A stretch of DNA of 64,000 bases from Isurus oxyrinchus (taxonomy: Eukaryota): positions 2,418,001 to 2,482,000 of the forward strand of contig JANJGN010000039.1 in assembly GCA_026770705.1 (NCBI GenBank), in the 5' to 3' direction. The translations under genes and the position numbers were made by a program. Numbering within the stretch: position 1 is the first letter of the stretch; every line of letters starts with the position of its first letter. This document shows, piece after piece, positions 26,825-40,032 of the stretch. The notes below the pieces were generated by a model that did not search any database, was not told the origin of the DNA, and saw only the letters and a program-made list of their open reading frames with translations.

Positions 26825-26992
26825 TATATAAATAGGAGTTTCTCTGAAAGTATCATCTCATGATTTCCAGCAGTCTCAGTATAACTGCTTCAGCAGCAGT
26901 TTCTTAGTGCTTATCACAGTGACTAGAATTTGTTATGCTTCATCATTTGCTGACCATTTACAAAACTGTTGCAGAATTTCTCGTGGCACCAT
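26825..26992 (+). promoter_or_regulatory. Putative TATA box and non-coding first exon of GPCR copy B
   Basis: TATATAAATAG 26825-26835; possible donor AT|GTACGT at 26992/26993; matching acceptor 'tccatgtcagcag|' at ~27563, just upstream of ATG 27585. Confidence 0.35.
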
Positions 26993-27034
26993 GTACGTGG
27001 ATTCACATATTCTCAGGCAAACAATATACACTGC

Positions 27035-27340
27035 TGATTTTCCTTCCATTCAGGGGATATGGGCAACGTTAGCTAAGCCAGCATTAATTGCCTTTCCGCA
27101 ATTGTCCTTCAGAATTTCGTGGTGAGCTCACTTTTCCAGCTGCTGCAGCCTGTGTGGTGTAGGTTGTTTTGGATGTTCAGCACTTTGACACAGAGACAGC
27201 GAGGTAACGGCGACATATTTCCAAATCAGGGCGATGAGTGGTTTGGAGGGTAACTTCCAGCTGGTTGCATTCGCAAATATCTATTGCTCTATTCTTGCTA
27301 GATGGTAGCGCCTGTGGGTTTGCAATGTTAACAAAAGGAC
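27035..27340 (-). mobile_element. LINE 3' end fragment (tail shared with the SINE at ~2300)
   Basis: Reverse complement of 'ccattcaggggatatgggcaacgttagctaagccagcattaattgcc' matches the SINE tail. Confidence 0.55.
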
Positions 27341-27584
27341 GTCATGCACGCAAAAGGTGGCAGTTTTTCTCTGTTCCGTGTTCCGAATGCTATGGTGCCA
27401 GTTCTAACCCGATATTCTGTGTTTAACTAATGTGGTATCTCCTTCTGGCTCTCCGATGGGTTTACCGTGTTTCTTTTTCTTTCTGAAATGTATTTAAAGG
27501 ATACCGAGATTTGTATGTTTCAACTCACACCTTCTATTATTTGCTGTGTATCCATGTCAGCAGGAAAGTCTCCTTCTCATAAAG

Positions 27585-27654
27585 ATGGCAAAACTGAGAC
27601 TTCGCCAGATTGAAGACATTTACTATTATATTCTCGGGGCTATTGGTGTACCTG
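27585..27654 (+). pseudogene. GPR139/GPR142-like GPCR copy B, first coding exon
   Basis: ATG 27585: MAKLRLRQIEDIYYYILGAIGVP + G|GTGAGA (phase 1); same 'IYYxILxxxGVP' motif as copies A and C. Confidence 0.85.
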
Positions 27655-28799
27655 GTGAGAGCATAAAAACATCATTGGATGTATAAATGGATGTTGACTT
27701 TGTTCTCAAACGACGTTTCTGATAACGTGAAATGGTTTCTTTACTGTTGGAGAGTGTTCAAAGCTGAGATGCCAATTTAACCTGAACGTCACCTGATTTC
27801 TTATTTTTGCTGCATCTCTCATACGGGAGTTTCCAGTGATGACATTTTATTTATTCTATAGGGAATGTTTTGTAACTGGGTGGACGCTGCAATAAATGTT
27901 ATAACCAAGTGCAAACCGAGCTTGACGTTGTCGATACCACAATCTGTGCAAATCAATGCAAGATTCACCTTGAAATAATTGAAAGTGTTGGCTAATGGTT
28001 TCCAACGGTTTTGCAATGTTGCCAGCACGGAATCCCTGCCAACTCCCTTACATTTTGAGGCAGCAATAATTTTTACAGCTCAGTATGCAGGGAGGAGAGC
28101 TGGGCTGAAAGATAAAGCTGTGCGTGCTGAGGACAATCGACTATCTTCCTTGTTTGTATATATTGAAAGATATTCATTTCTGTAGCATCTTTTATCGACC
28201 ACCTTAATACATTTACATGAAGTATAGACACTGTAGTAACGCAGATGTGCGACAGTCAGTTTGTGCTCTGGAAGCTTCCACACGCAGCACATTGAAAGTG
28301 ACCCGATCATCTTTGTTTGTGAGTTTTAGCAGAGGTATTTCTATCAGTCAGGGCACAAACGGTTAAGAACAGCTTGTTGTTCAAAATGGTGGCAAGCTTT
28401 TTTTTTCTTACGGTTAACCCGTGAATCCATTTTATATACGTTCTGAAAGTTGCTACTTCAGACAATACATAACTACCTCACTACGGCAATGGAGCATTAG
28501 CTGAGAATTTTGTTCTCAAGTGCTGCCGCCGGACATAAATCGGTAACATCTATCTCATCATGGGGATTGGTACGGAGTCGTAGGTGGTACAATTTTGAAA
28601 CAGCAATGCAACCTGAGCACATATCTCATTCTCATTTTTGTGCTCAATTTAACTTCTCACCAACCAATTCCTGTTGCAGTAAACCACACTACCAAATATA
28701 AGTGATTTACATTGAGAATTGAAGTGGATCGATATTATGAATTTTCGGACTTTCCTGTCCCTTTGGAAAGCCCACATTGCAATCATATGCAGGTGCTTA

Positions 28800-29460
28800 C
28801 AAAGGGACATAGGAACCTAAGAAATGGGAGTAGAAGTTGGCCATTCGGACGCTCGAGCTTGATCCACTATTGAAGTATCTCATGGCTGAAATCATGTCTC
28901 AAGCTATTTTCTTGCAATATCTCATAGTTATGTTGCATTTAATGTTTACAGATTGGCTCATTTATGCCTTCAACATATGCAATGGTTGAACCACCACCGC
29001 AGCTGAAAGGAAATAATTTCGAACATTCATCACCCTCTGAGTGAATAAATTTCTGCTCACCTCAGTCATAAATATCATATTTTTGTTCTGAAATTGTGTC
29101 TCCGGCTTTCAGTCAACCCCGATATGGGAAGCATCCAACCTGCATCTACACCATTGAAGCTCTAAGAAAGGTTTGTGCTTCTGTGAGATCACTCCTTATT
29201 TACCAAAGGTCCAAAGAGCTTGGGCTCAGTCTCGCCAATGCCTCCACATAGGCCAATCCCAGCTAATTCCCAATTATATAAGGTGTAAGTCTAGTGAACT
29301 CTCCATTTCACACTCCCTCACGTTTTATCCTTACAATCAACCCCCATCGTCTCCAAATACAGACCATGACAATTTTACTTTTTTTTTATTTTGGAAAGAA
29401 GACCGGCAGTGTTTATGATACACTGCTTGAGATGAGGCCCATCAGTCACTCTGTTTGCTC
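28800..29460 (-). mobile_element. CR1 LINE 3' fragment in the copy B intron
   Basis: 'cataggaacctaagaaatgggagtagaagttggccattcgg' is the reverse-strand CR1 terminus. Confidence 0.65.
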
Positions 29461-30654
29461 TCCAATACTCAATTGCTTCACCAGTGAAACTCAATCGTAA
29501 TTTTAGGAAGTATTGGGGCTTCTCGTTCACGGTTGTACAACTATCATTCACACGCCCTCATAGCCTGAATCAGCTTTTGCCTTCAAGAAGAAACCGGTCA
29601 GAAAGTAACATTTTCAACACGTCAGTGGCTGAATCAAAATCCATAACGAAGTTGGAAATCTCCAATTGCTTTCCAATGGCCTTGTAATTTCTCAATCCCC
29701 CACAATCAGTCTGTTGGGCACCTTGGGTGACATGAAACTTAACCGTAGCTGCCATGTAAAAGTTGGCCTCGAAAAGTAGGTCAGACATTAGAAAATACAC
29801 TGAGAGTATCTCATCTATTAAGATTCAGATTCAGGGCACCATCAACTGCGCGTGCATTAGGAGAATGGTTAACTGAGATGGCCGGGATTATTTCAGTGAC
29901 AACAACAACTCAAAAACTCAACACAAGAAGAATGAAGTTGGCTGCTTGATCGGTATCACAACCATCACCATAAACGTTCCACATGATAATTACCGTGTTG
30001 GGGATATGTCAGCCTTGTGAATACATATTCCGGTTTGTGCACAACACTGCTGCAGCTGATTGTTCACAGCGCCTCGTGAATGCCCAATTTTGAGTTGTTG
30101 AACACGTTGACATTTACCTCTTTTAGCAGAATGTTTCTGCCACACAACACGATGGAGGGAATCCCCAAGTGAAGGCGGATTTTGTGTGCTTAGGAACTGT
30201 GCAACGGTCAATACTATCAATACTGCCATGAGCATATCCACGTGGGTAGGTTATTGGGGCGAGTTCAGTTTTGTGTTTCCATCTTGTTAATTTCCTGACC
30301 ACATGCAAAAGACCCAGTCTAGCAGTTTTCTTTATTACGCGGCCAGCTCGGCCATTAGTAGTGCTAGAGATTCTCTCTTGATCATAGACACGGAAGCCCC
30401 CTACGTGGAGTATATTTTTTATTGCCATCCCAAAATCTTCCTCCATTGATGATCACTCATTCGTCATCTGAGACGACCGATAGGGCTTAATTAGCAGTAG
30501 ACTTTCCTTGCCCAAGTAATACCTGATCCAATGAGATTTCATTGAATTTCCAAGAACTTTTAAGGCTGTTTCAGATGCGTCACATTGAACATAAAAGTTT
30601 TGCACCAATGGCATTTAAGAAAGCAACAAAAAATGAGCGATGGCTCGAAATGTG

Positions 30655-31862
30655 ATTGAGAATTAAGTTTTTAGATAGGGTTATTTAACTGAGAGGTTGG
30701 CTTATGATTGGGATGAGCTTTGAAAGCAATAAGAACTATTAATCTACAAAAGATAAACTGCTTGAATCGTTAAGGTAGTGGAACTGCTGTCAATCAAGCA
30801 GAGTGCTTTGTCCTAGATTAATTCAATATTCTTGAATGTTATTGGGACATAACTCAACCAGACAAGTGTAGTATTTTCCAATCACACTCTTGATTTGCGC
30901 CTTGTAGAAGAGAGACGGGCTAAATGACAACGGTGTTTGATGGATAATTCTTTACTGTCGATGATCATTGACTGTCGCCGGTGTGTGGCGAATATAACTT
31001 GTTGGTTTTCAGCAGAGTTCTGGGTGTTGCCCAGGTCCTGTTAGTTACACATAGGCAAAGATTTCTTCAGCATCTGTTCAGTTGCAACTTTTGCTTAAGT
31101 TTTCGCAAATATGAGTGGATGCTATCTCCACCCCCCGCTCCCCAAACCCAAACCTTTTCTGAGCACATGATGGAGAGAGATTCATTGATGAAGTGGATTA
31201 AGATGGTTGCGCCCGGACTATGAACTCAGCATCTCCTGCAGTGATATCAAGAGGCTGAGCTGGGTGACTTGCAAAAATAAAAATTCCTTTGTGCTCTGCA
31301 TACTACAATTAGTAGAAACTCCCCCCACCCCCTTACATGTATTGACTCAAATTTCGCTTCCGATCCCTGCTACCATAAAATGACAAATGATGTATTGATA
31401 TGAAGCACAGTCGCTCTCGCATCACATCATGAGTTCAGCACCAATGTCCATGTCTGTATCAAATCTGATCGAAGAGCTGGAGCTCAGACACAACACATAA
31501 TGAGCGGCAATGAACAGTTTATGTCTTTTCGCGTAAAGGCCGGTATTTTAGCTGTACTATTACAACGTGGCGTGGAAGGATTTTTCAGGGACACTGATCT
31601 CCAATCCAATTGGTGAAATCTGACAGGACTCATATGCTCTCCATCATCCAGCCCCTTCAGTTGTTTCTTCATATCACGCTATGTGAATCACATAGGCTGA
31701 AGACTGGCCCCTGTGATGATGCCATCTTCAGAATGAGGACGGAATGACCCATCAACTCCTCACTTCATCCTGAATGTGGCTACAAAATCTTTAGCCATTT
31801 TTTAGCACTGATGTGCTGAGCTCCACAATCATTGCCGATGAGGATATGGGTGGAGTGTCCTC
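30655..31862 (+). repeat. Segmental duplication block 1 (paralogue at 60423-61626); largely a degenerate LINE
   Basis: Near-identical text, e.g. 'gcccaggtcctgttagttacacataggcaaagatttcttcagcatctgtt'; ORFs 30981..31223 and 60744..61028 are nearly the same. Confidence 0.95.
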
Positions 31863-34800
31863 TGCAAGTGAGTTTTTTGAAATATGCAACAACATTTAAG
31901 ACAGCATGTGACAGGAATTCACGGCTGATATTTTCTTATTTGTTTGTGGGACCAATTAGCACTTTCTGTTGTGCGCTGCTTCCGCTGTTTTTGGCAAGCA
32001 AGTAGACTTACCTTGCAGATTCATCAGGTTGAAACCTCGTTATTATCTGGGAATGGTGCCGCTCCAGACATATTACGTATGTCGGCAAATATCCTTCTCC
32101 AGTATCCTCGAACACTTAACTTCGAACACCTGGAAGGGCAAGAACATAGGGACAATATAAATTTCACATTCCTTTCCAAGTCACAAACCAAAATGACAAG
32201 GAATAATTCACCGTTAATTGAGTGACATTGCATCAAAAACCTGGAACTCATTCTTCGAGCACTGTGTGTCGATTTGCCTCACTTCAGCTGCAACACTATA
32301 AAACCATTCCCTTCAAGAATAAATAGAGAAAACGGATTAAAGACTGATCTTGTCAATATACCGCAAGCAGAGGAAGTGCCACATCATGCTGAATCTATGA
32401 ATAATGCGTCCTTCTGCATTGAAATGATGAACCTAGCTGACTCCTTTGTTCCGAATAGATTGAGACTAATCTCACATGCTTAAGTTATTTTAAGTAGTAT
32501 CCAGTACCCTGGTCGCGAACTGAGAACATACACCTTTAAGTCACTCTTGAATATCCAAGTTTGTACACAAAAGGCTTGGCTGAAAATTTTGCCCACAAAC
32601 AACCGCGCCAAACATCTTGCAACACCCCCTCCACACCCTTGACCCCCAACCCCTACCGCCTTTCTATTCACAGCATTGAACCCGTCCCCATCAGGTCAAG
32701 GATTGCACTTCCGATTGGCTGCCGACACAGTTTTGAATCTCCCATTGCCTCCTGCCCGTTGTCATGGTCACATTGCTGTTAAACTGATGTCGGATTTCGG
32801 CTCGTGGACAAAACCCCATCGCTCTCTTTTTGATCAGTCTAGGATCATGGGCCAAAGAGGATCATGAGCCAAAGTGCACTGTACCTGGTCTCAGTTTATT
32901 TTCCCAACTGCAAATTATTAACGTGTCAGGAAGAGATCGTTGTTGTTTAAAGTAATGGATAATTACACAGCATGTACATATTTTAATTTCTCTATTTAAT
33001 TTAGCAGGAAAGCGTCTGGATTTGTTTTCTTTGTATTCTTAATTTGATAGATACAGTAATGGACCATTGTTTGCATTGTTCAATATTTCTTTCAGCTGAT
33101 AATTTACCGATTCATTTTTTGGGTATTTCAACGTTTAATTCGGAAATGTAACAGAAAATATATTGTTAATTTATTGATTTATTTTATATAATTAGTCTTT
33201 TCAAACTTCGGCTGCATCAACATGTAACTGTGAAAAATATTGTTTTTTAACGAGTTTCCCTATTGGCAGAGATGGCCAAGACAGTTTGAGTGCTGATATT
33301 TTTGTTAAACTTTTGCATATTTCATGAAAGCGAATTGATAGTATGGAAATGACAAATTAAATCTCAGTGTAAATGCATCATGTTGTAGGGATGTAAATAG
33401 TGGGTTTGCTCAGCTAACACCTGGATAGTAAAAGGGCAAATGAAGGCCGACTTTCATTTCTGTCGGACTTTGGTGGTTTCTTATGGATTTTGATTTTCTA
33501 ATACATGCATCATTTCCAGTGCAGCCTAAGGGTCATCAGAAAATCCCTACTCAGTTTATGCACATTATGTGACCCTGTAAGGTTGTTATGATTGGTCTGA
33601 TGGGATCTGCCACAGCCAATCAATATTGGATGCTTGCAATCGCTATTCAAAATTGTGAATGAGAGTTAGCTTATTAACTCACAAGCTGATCCAGAAATGT
33701 AAACCGTTCTTTATCCTTATTCGAATAATTCTTCTTAATGTTTTCAAAGTTCGTCAAAATCGTTAATCAACAACTTGCCTAACTAATCAGATTCAAATTA
33801 TTGATTCACCATCCAATCAACATACAATGCCACATTGCATTGTTGTTTTTCTAAGTTCCAGTGTGCAACATCTATGCATCACTGTGCAGCATTTTCTATA
33901 ACCTTAAAACAACTTCATACTTCAATGAAAGCTCGATTGTGAAAATGTGAATTTTCCATTTCTAATCTGTTCCTCTCCAGCCTCACTGGAGATTTCAGTC
34001 GGAAAGCTGTTCTGAACCCTTACCTGATCCATGATAGGCTATTGCAACCAGGACTACACACACAATGTAATTTAAGGATATGCATTTAGTCTAGTGTTAT
34101 GTAATTAATCTTGAAATGCACAAAATGATTTGATAAACGTTTGAATTAAGAAGTTGCATTTCTGGCTGCATCAAATTTGTCCCTTCAGATTCACTGAGTA
34201 ATGCTACCCCTCGAAATGCAAACGGAGGTTATTTAAGTAAGCAACATGACTTATATGATGCAGCCAAGATCATGCAAGGATCAGAACAATTTCGCTTCAT
34301 TTTTACTGATGAGTGAATATCATCAGTCTTTAATTGAATGCTCTTACTGTAAACTTCCGCATAATAACAAAGCATTGAATGAATTCACTAAAAAGTTCCT
34401 GCTTTTTGAAAGAAAATTAAATATGGATCTACCAAACAATTCTAAAATGCACTGGTATTCTGTTCCCGACAAATGTAAAATGAAATTAGAATAAAAATCA
34501 TTACTTTAGAAATGGATTTGTTCTATATCATCAGGTAATCAACAAATCGCAAACTAATTTTTCCAATCATGTCTTAGCTATTTCAAATACTTTACCAACA
34601 CAAGTCGATGTGCAAATCATGGTCAATTTCTCTCTGGGTTTTCTACATTTGGTGTCCAGCAGGAATCAGTGTTCAATTTTTCATTTCTAAACGTTTCACA
34701 AGGATGCAGCTTCTGAGATGAAAATGATTCTTTTCTGCCCTTTCAGAAACAAATATTTTGTACTTCACCCGGTCAAAAAAGGGACCTCTCTCCTGTGCCC

Positions 34801-35997
34801 TGAGTTGGAAAACTCTGAGTTAAATCGCAGCCGAATAATATTTCTGAATTGCTCATTCACCATGTTTTGGTTATCGATCTAATTCCCATTCCCCCTGCAT
34901 TTTACCATATCTATTCAATGTGCTTTAAAACTGGCCTGCCTAGAAAAAAACGTGGCCATGCACAAAACTAACTCTGCCCTGAAACTGCCAATAAATATTC
35001 CCCGACCAATATAATCAGTCTGCCTGACAATATCGCTTTTCTCCCATTTGGAGATTAAACTGCCCCTTGATCAGCACTGACTAAACCAGACTTCCCACCC
35101 TGCATAGTACATGTTGCTTCAGTCCTTCTGCAATGAATCAGCGAAAGATACGTTCTGAACTTTTCCTCGACAATGCTCACCTTGCCTATCAACGTCACAT
35201 TACTCATCGTGCCTTAAAACTACTGACTGGTCTGTCATGAACCCCTACTTCACACCGCTAGTCTCCATAAACATACTTCCTTACTTGTATTGTCGTTGAA
35301 CGCCAGCATGAGGGCGCCTGAGTAAACATTCATTCAGCCTCTTCTATGTGGGACTTTCTTGTAGTCCAGTGACCATTATAACATTTCCTGTTTATTGCAA
35401 TTCCACCTATACCATCCCAACTGCCCAGACTTGCCCAGGGCTACGTTTTTTCTTCAAGCTGTCTCTCCTGTTGCACAATGAAACATCCCACCACTTACTG
35501 AATCTATTAAATACCCGGCACACTTTCCACCACAACATCTTCCAGAACAGAACTCTACTATACTAAATCTTTATTTTGTGCCCGCATTTCACAGTCCACA
35601 TTGCACCTTCACACGTGAATTCGCTCGTTCCACCTCCTTTTTCTCATTTAAAATTTAACAAGCCGAGGCTTTTTTGTACCTTCAGTCAGTCCAGTACACA
35701 TTCACCCTCAGCGCGCTGAATCTTCAGTGCACAATAGCTGTTCAGAATTCATTGAGGGTGCTGCTCCCTAAGGATGAATAATCAATTAACGCTTAACCAT
35801 CCTGCGCACTTTTACTAGGTTCAATGCATATATAAAACACGTTGCTATTGGAAATCATGCTAAACATGATTGCATTAAACAATTTAAAAGATGCATGAAG
35901 AAACTAAATTTGCAATGAATACCGTTTGCTGCAAACAAAAGAAAAATATGTTCATCTTTGTTGTTTATCTCATGTTATGTGTCTCTCTCTCTTACAG

Positions 35998-36110
35998 TGA
36001 ATGGCGTTGCAATTGTGAATCTTTTGCGAGGAAAGCATGGTCTCTGCAAATGCATTACATACTATATGATGGCAATGGCAGCGGCTGGTCTCCTTATTGA
36101 TTGTGCTGTT
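35998..36110 (+). pseudogene. GPCR copy B exon 2, truncated after TM2
   Basis: Acceptor 'ctctctctcttacag|TG AAT'; reads VNGVAIVNLLRGKHGLCKCITYYMMAMAAAGLLI, matching VNLVMIVILRRRRCGLSNCVTRYLEAMAVADLLV of copy C. Homology then ends and a stop follows at 36177-36179. Confidence 0.85.
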
Positions 36111-36224
36111 ATCACAATGACCTGTTTAATTCTGGTCATTGAGGCCTGTGTGCCAGCTAGCTGCGACAATGCTTTATGAGTCACATCAGCCTCTTTCTGG
36201 TTAACATTGATATCGCCCTTATGG

Positions 36225-38300
36225 TCACTGCGTTCTGTAATACACTCTGTCTATGCTTCGTGGTAAGTTCTCTAATATAACTGTTTTATGTGTGGCTCTT
36301 TTTTCCTGTTACTCTACCAACTACCTTAATCTATACGTCTCAGGTTCATTATCTTCAATTCTTTCTTTCTAAACAATGTTATCAAATACATTGTTAGATA
36401 ATTGAATTTCAACACATTCTCCCTGACCTTTAGATTCCTGTTCTTCATGTTTCAACCTGTGAGCTTGTGATCTTGTTCCAATGCAATCGGGAAGGAACCT
36501 AGGATGCTCTTTCTGCAAAACATAGGTTGAAAATAACTCTACATATGCTCAACTACAATAGATATCAGCCACATCTGTGATCCAGGAATTACATTACCTA
36601 AAACAAATTGTATCAATGTAATGGGCAATTTGCCACTCCTCAGACAAACAGCTCACCTGTTTTCCACCTACTGTTAACATGGACCTTCCACAATGAACTA
36701 GGCTTAGCATCTCGATGATTCCCAATTATTATCACCTGTTCTGGCAATACATCCTCTGAGCAACAAGTATCACTCTCCGGCAACATTAATGATTGTGTCG
36801 CCCATGTGTTTCTTTAAATTCTAATATATTTTCCTGCTCTGCCCTATACACAGTGAAAGAGTTCCGCATCATGTACAAAATGTTTATACATTTCCACAAC
36901 CTGCTCCCCAGAACTCGCTTGGGTTATGAACACATTCAAGTCATTCTTGACATATCATTGATTCTTCCTTTCTTTACCACTAAACGACCCACTTCGTTTT
37001 CCTCTGCCTGAACCTCAGAAGCCACAATAATTTTATACCCAGAAATTTGCTGCATCTGATTAATTCCCTGAATTTTCCCTGAGATTTGCAACACACTGAC
37101 TTCTTGTGCCCAACTTTATCACTTTGAAAACACTTCAAATTTGGATTGTCTCTTCAGTCCTTAGCACCGTCCAATTTAGTTTTTGAAAAATAAATTGTTG
37201 CTTGGATATTGCACCTGCTCCTTCCCTCCCCTTATTACACACAGTACTTTCAGTTTCCTATTTTGTATGCCTCACTTATTTAAAAGGGTGACGAAAAGAA
37301 ACGAATAGATGTAGGAGATAACTGCTAATGGTCAGCTATTTCTGTGGCATGTCTTACCGTTTTAACCCTCTGTCCCTCCACATGAGATCTCACTACCGAA
37401 GGAAGTGAATCTTTTAGTTAATCTAAAACTACTCCTTCTTGGAAGCACCATATGTTGTCTCTATATTTAATGCTTAGATGTATCAATCGAAATTATTGTG
37501 TTTAACTCTTCCAAACTCAGTTTACATTTGCCCCAGGCTCCTTTCTTGTACTCCGAAATTTCTTGATGTCTGCCTCAAGATCCAACTCATATGCACTCAA
37601 ATATGTATCTTATCACTTCAGAATACATTGAGCATTCTTCTGACAGTGAAGCGTAACTATAATGAGCTCCACTCAATAACGTATACCTTAACAACAATGT
37701 CAGGTTTACTTCTGGTGAGTTAATCTCTTTATTATCTCCTCAAATGTAACAGAGTGCGCCTGGACGTCTCTCCCTCATCAATCTTGGAAAAGATTGAACA
37801 AATTTAGATAGCTCCCCAGCAGGATATACGTTTTTCAAAATCAGAACTTACATCAACATCATATGTCTCTTTTTAAAAACTCTAACGTATTAAAATCAGA
37901 ACTCTCTATCTCTTTCCTTGAATCTCTCCTCAATTGTTAACGTTTTCTTCTGGAGATCAAGTTTTTATATTTCCAAAATTTTTTGATATAATCTCTTTTG
38001 TTTTTCTTTTGCATCCAATTCAAGTTTTTTCAGTTACTTTGCTTATTGAAATTCAAGCCTCCTCAATTCCAACTGGAGTTTCACTACCTCCAGCTTTGAC
38101 ACATTAGTTTCAGTTTTTACTTCCAACAGAAAATGTTGTGCTATCAGTTCAACTATATCTGCTTTCTTTGCTCCCACATTTAGCCTCAACTGCAACTTAA
38201 CCAACAGACCTGTTGCTTACCCTTAGATTCTTTTGCTGTAACCAAATGGGAGTTATTAATGCTATTTCCAGTAATGATTTAGCCATTGATAAGGGCATCT
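36225..38300 (-). mobile_element. Gmr1-like Ty3/Gypsy retrotransposon gag (SCAN-like CA, CCHC knuckle) and protease, degenerate
   Basis: Minus-strand fragments 'VGAKKADIVELIAQHFLLEV', 'GELSKFVQSFPR', 'ILSAYEL..KFRSTRKEPG', 'SLPSVVRSHVEGQRVKTVRHATEIAD', knuckle 'CFQSDKVGHKKSVC', and protease 'I*RNTWATQSLM' (~ILRDTGASQSLM). Confidence 0.8.
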
Positions 38301-38419
38301 TGCTGTCTCCCAACTTTAACAATATCTCAAGCCAACTCCTGAATTCAAAGCACTTCTCGTACCTCCAACCTTAATGTTCAGCTTTTCCAAGCCACTCAAA
38401 TATTTTCAAATATACAGCA

Positions 38420-38800
38420 ATTACTCCCCATTTTTTATGATGCGACAATGATGTGGACTAGGTGGATGAAACAGACAAAAAAACTTGTTCAAGCAGTCAC
38501 AACGATTTGGCAATATGTATTTATTTCGAGATGCATGCCCTAAATTGAGGGGTTATAAGCCCATAAATTTTTCGGTAAACTAAATTAAACATGCAATAAC
38601 AACAGTTAGGATTAAAAGCAAATGCATAGGTCTACAAATTAACACACTAATAAATCCTAAAACGCCTAATTAATTTGGCTTCCATTTACACCCTCGTTAA
38701 GGCAACAGTAAAACAAGAAACACATCCCGCCTAGTCACACATCACCCTGGACAGAATAATTCAAAGTGGCGTTTTTCACATAAAATAATATCACGAGAAA
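38420..38800 (-). mobile_element. Probable LTR of the Gmr1-like element (internally deleted relative to the copy at 61737-62520)
   Basis: Lies immediately upstream of gag on the minus strand; a TGGGG PBS-like start follows its end; paralogous to 61737 onward. Confidence 0.45.
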
Positions 38801-39171
38801 TATTAGATATTCGGTAAAATATGGTTTAAATGGATTTCTAAAATACATAACATCAAGCCCTCAATGAGGATATTGTTTTCATTACTGGACACAACAATTT
38901 TACAATAATTTGAAAGCATTTGGACAGTTGCAGAATAATTTCACCACTATCGCTCTAAGGAAGAGAATTATAAATTACTTAGCAAGATCGTAGCAGTTGA
39001 AGAGGGAAAGGTTCAACATGGCTCGGTAGGGAGAGAGTTGATAAACATTATGGAGGTTTGAGTTTATTATAAACAGGGCCGAGTGAACTGGTTTGTAAAT
39101 GCTCAAAAGGAATCGGCAGGTTTGTAGCCCAGGGGCCGCTGACAGTTCAATAATCCTTGGGGAATGAAATG
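38491..39171 (+). repeat. Segmental duplication block 3 (paralogue at 61737-62905)
   Basis: 'aagcagtcacaacgatttggcaatatgtatttatttcgagatgcatgccc' and downstream text are shared; this copy lacks 62027-62515. Confidence 0.95.
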
Positions 39172-39659
39172 ATGCTCCCTGATTGGGTGAGGTAGGTGTT
39201 GATCACCGGGCGGATTTCTCTGATTATGTCAGGCGAATGGCAACGAAATACCAAATAGGCTGAGTGAATCGTGGTTCACCTGGTCAATCATTCCGATTGG
39301 ATGAGGTGGCTTTCAACAATAGTGTGCGTGAATTAATAGAGTGGTTGTGGAGATGGTGGTTTGGGGTAATGTTTGTGAGTCCCTGGGTGAAGCTCCGGCT
39401 TGACTGTGCTACCTGTAAGACAGCGGGCGGAGCTCCCGGATTGGCTGAGTCTCTGAAAAATATGTAGAACCGATACTTCACGACAGTCTTTAACTGCTGT
39501 CTGATCATGGACTGACTCACCCCATAAATTAACATCTTTGTGCAGTAACTTTAATTCATCAGCATAAACTTGGCACGTTAACATATATTGTCAGGAAATC
39601 TATAGTATAATAATTCACTAATTTTAACATATACGAATGTATAAGATTCCCCGACCAGG

Positions 39660-40032
39660 AATGTGATTTTGTGCTGGTTAGAATACATTCATACAGGGTG
39701 TTGATAATTGAGTGGATTTAGTGCTGGGTAACGTATATTCAGCAGAGTGTTTGATAAGTGAGTGGACTTACTGCTGGTTAAAATCAATTGAGCAGAGTAT
39801 CGATAAGTGAATGGGATTTAGAGCTGGTTAAAATATATTCAACAGAGTGTTGATAAGTGAGTAGATTTAGTGCTGGTGAAAATACATTCAGCAGATCATT
39901 GGTAAGTGAATGAGATTTAGTGCTGTTTAAAATACATTCAGCAGAGTGTTGATAAGTGTGTACTGGTTAAAATACATTCAGCAGATTGGTGCTAAGTGAA
40001 TGAGATTTTTTACTGTTTAAAATACATTCAGC
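39660..40032. repeat. ~50-bp tandem repeat, about 7 copies (GATTTAGTGCTGGTTAAAATACATTCAGCAGAGTGTTGATAAGTGAGTG)
   Basis: Units start at about 39665, 39715, 39765, 39815, 39864 and 39914. Confidence 0.9.
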
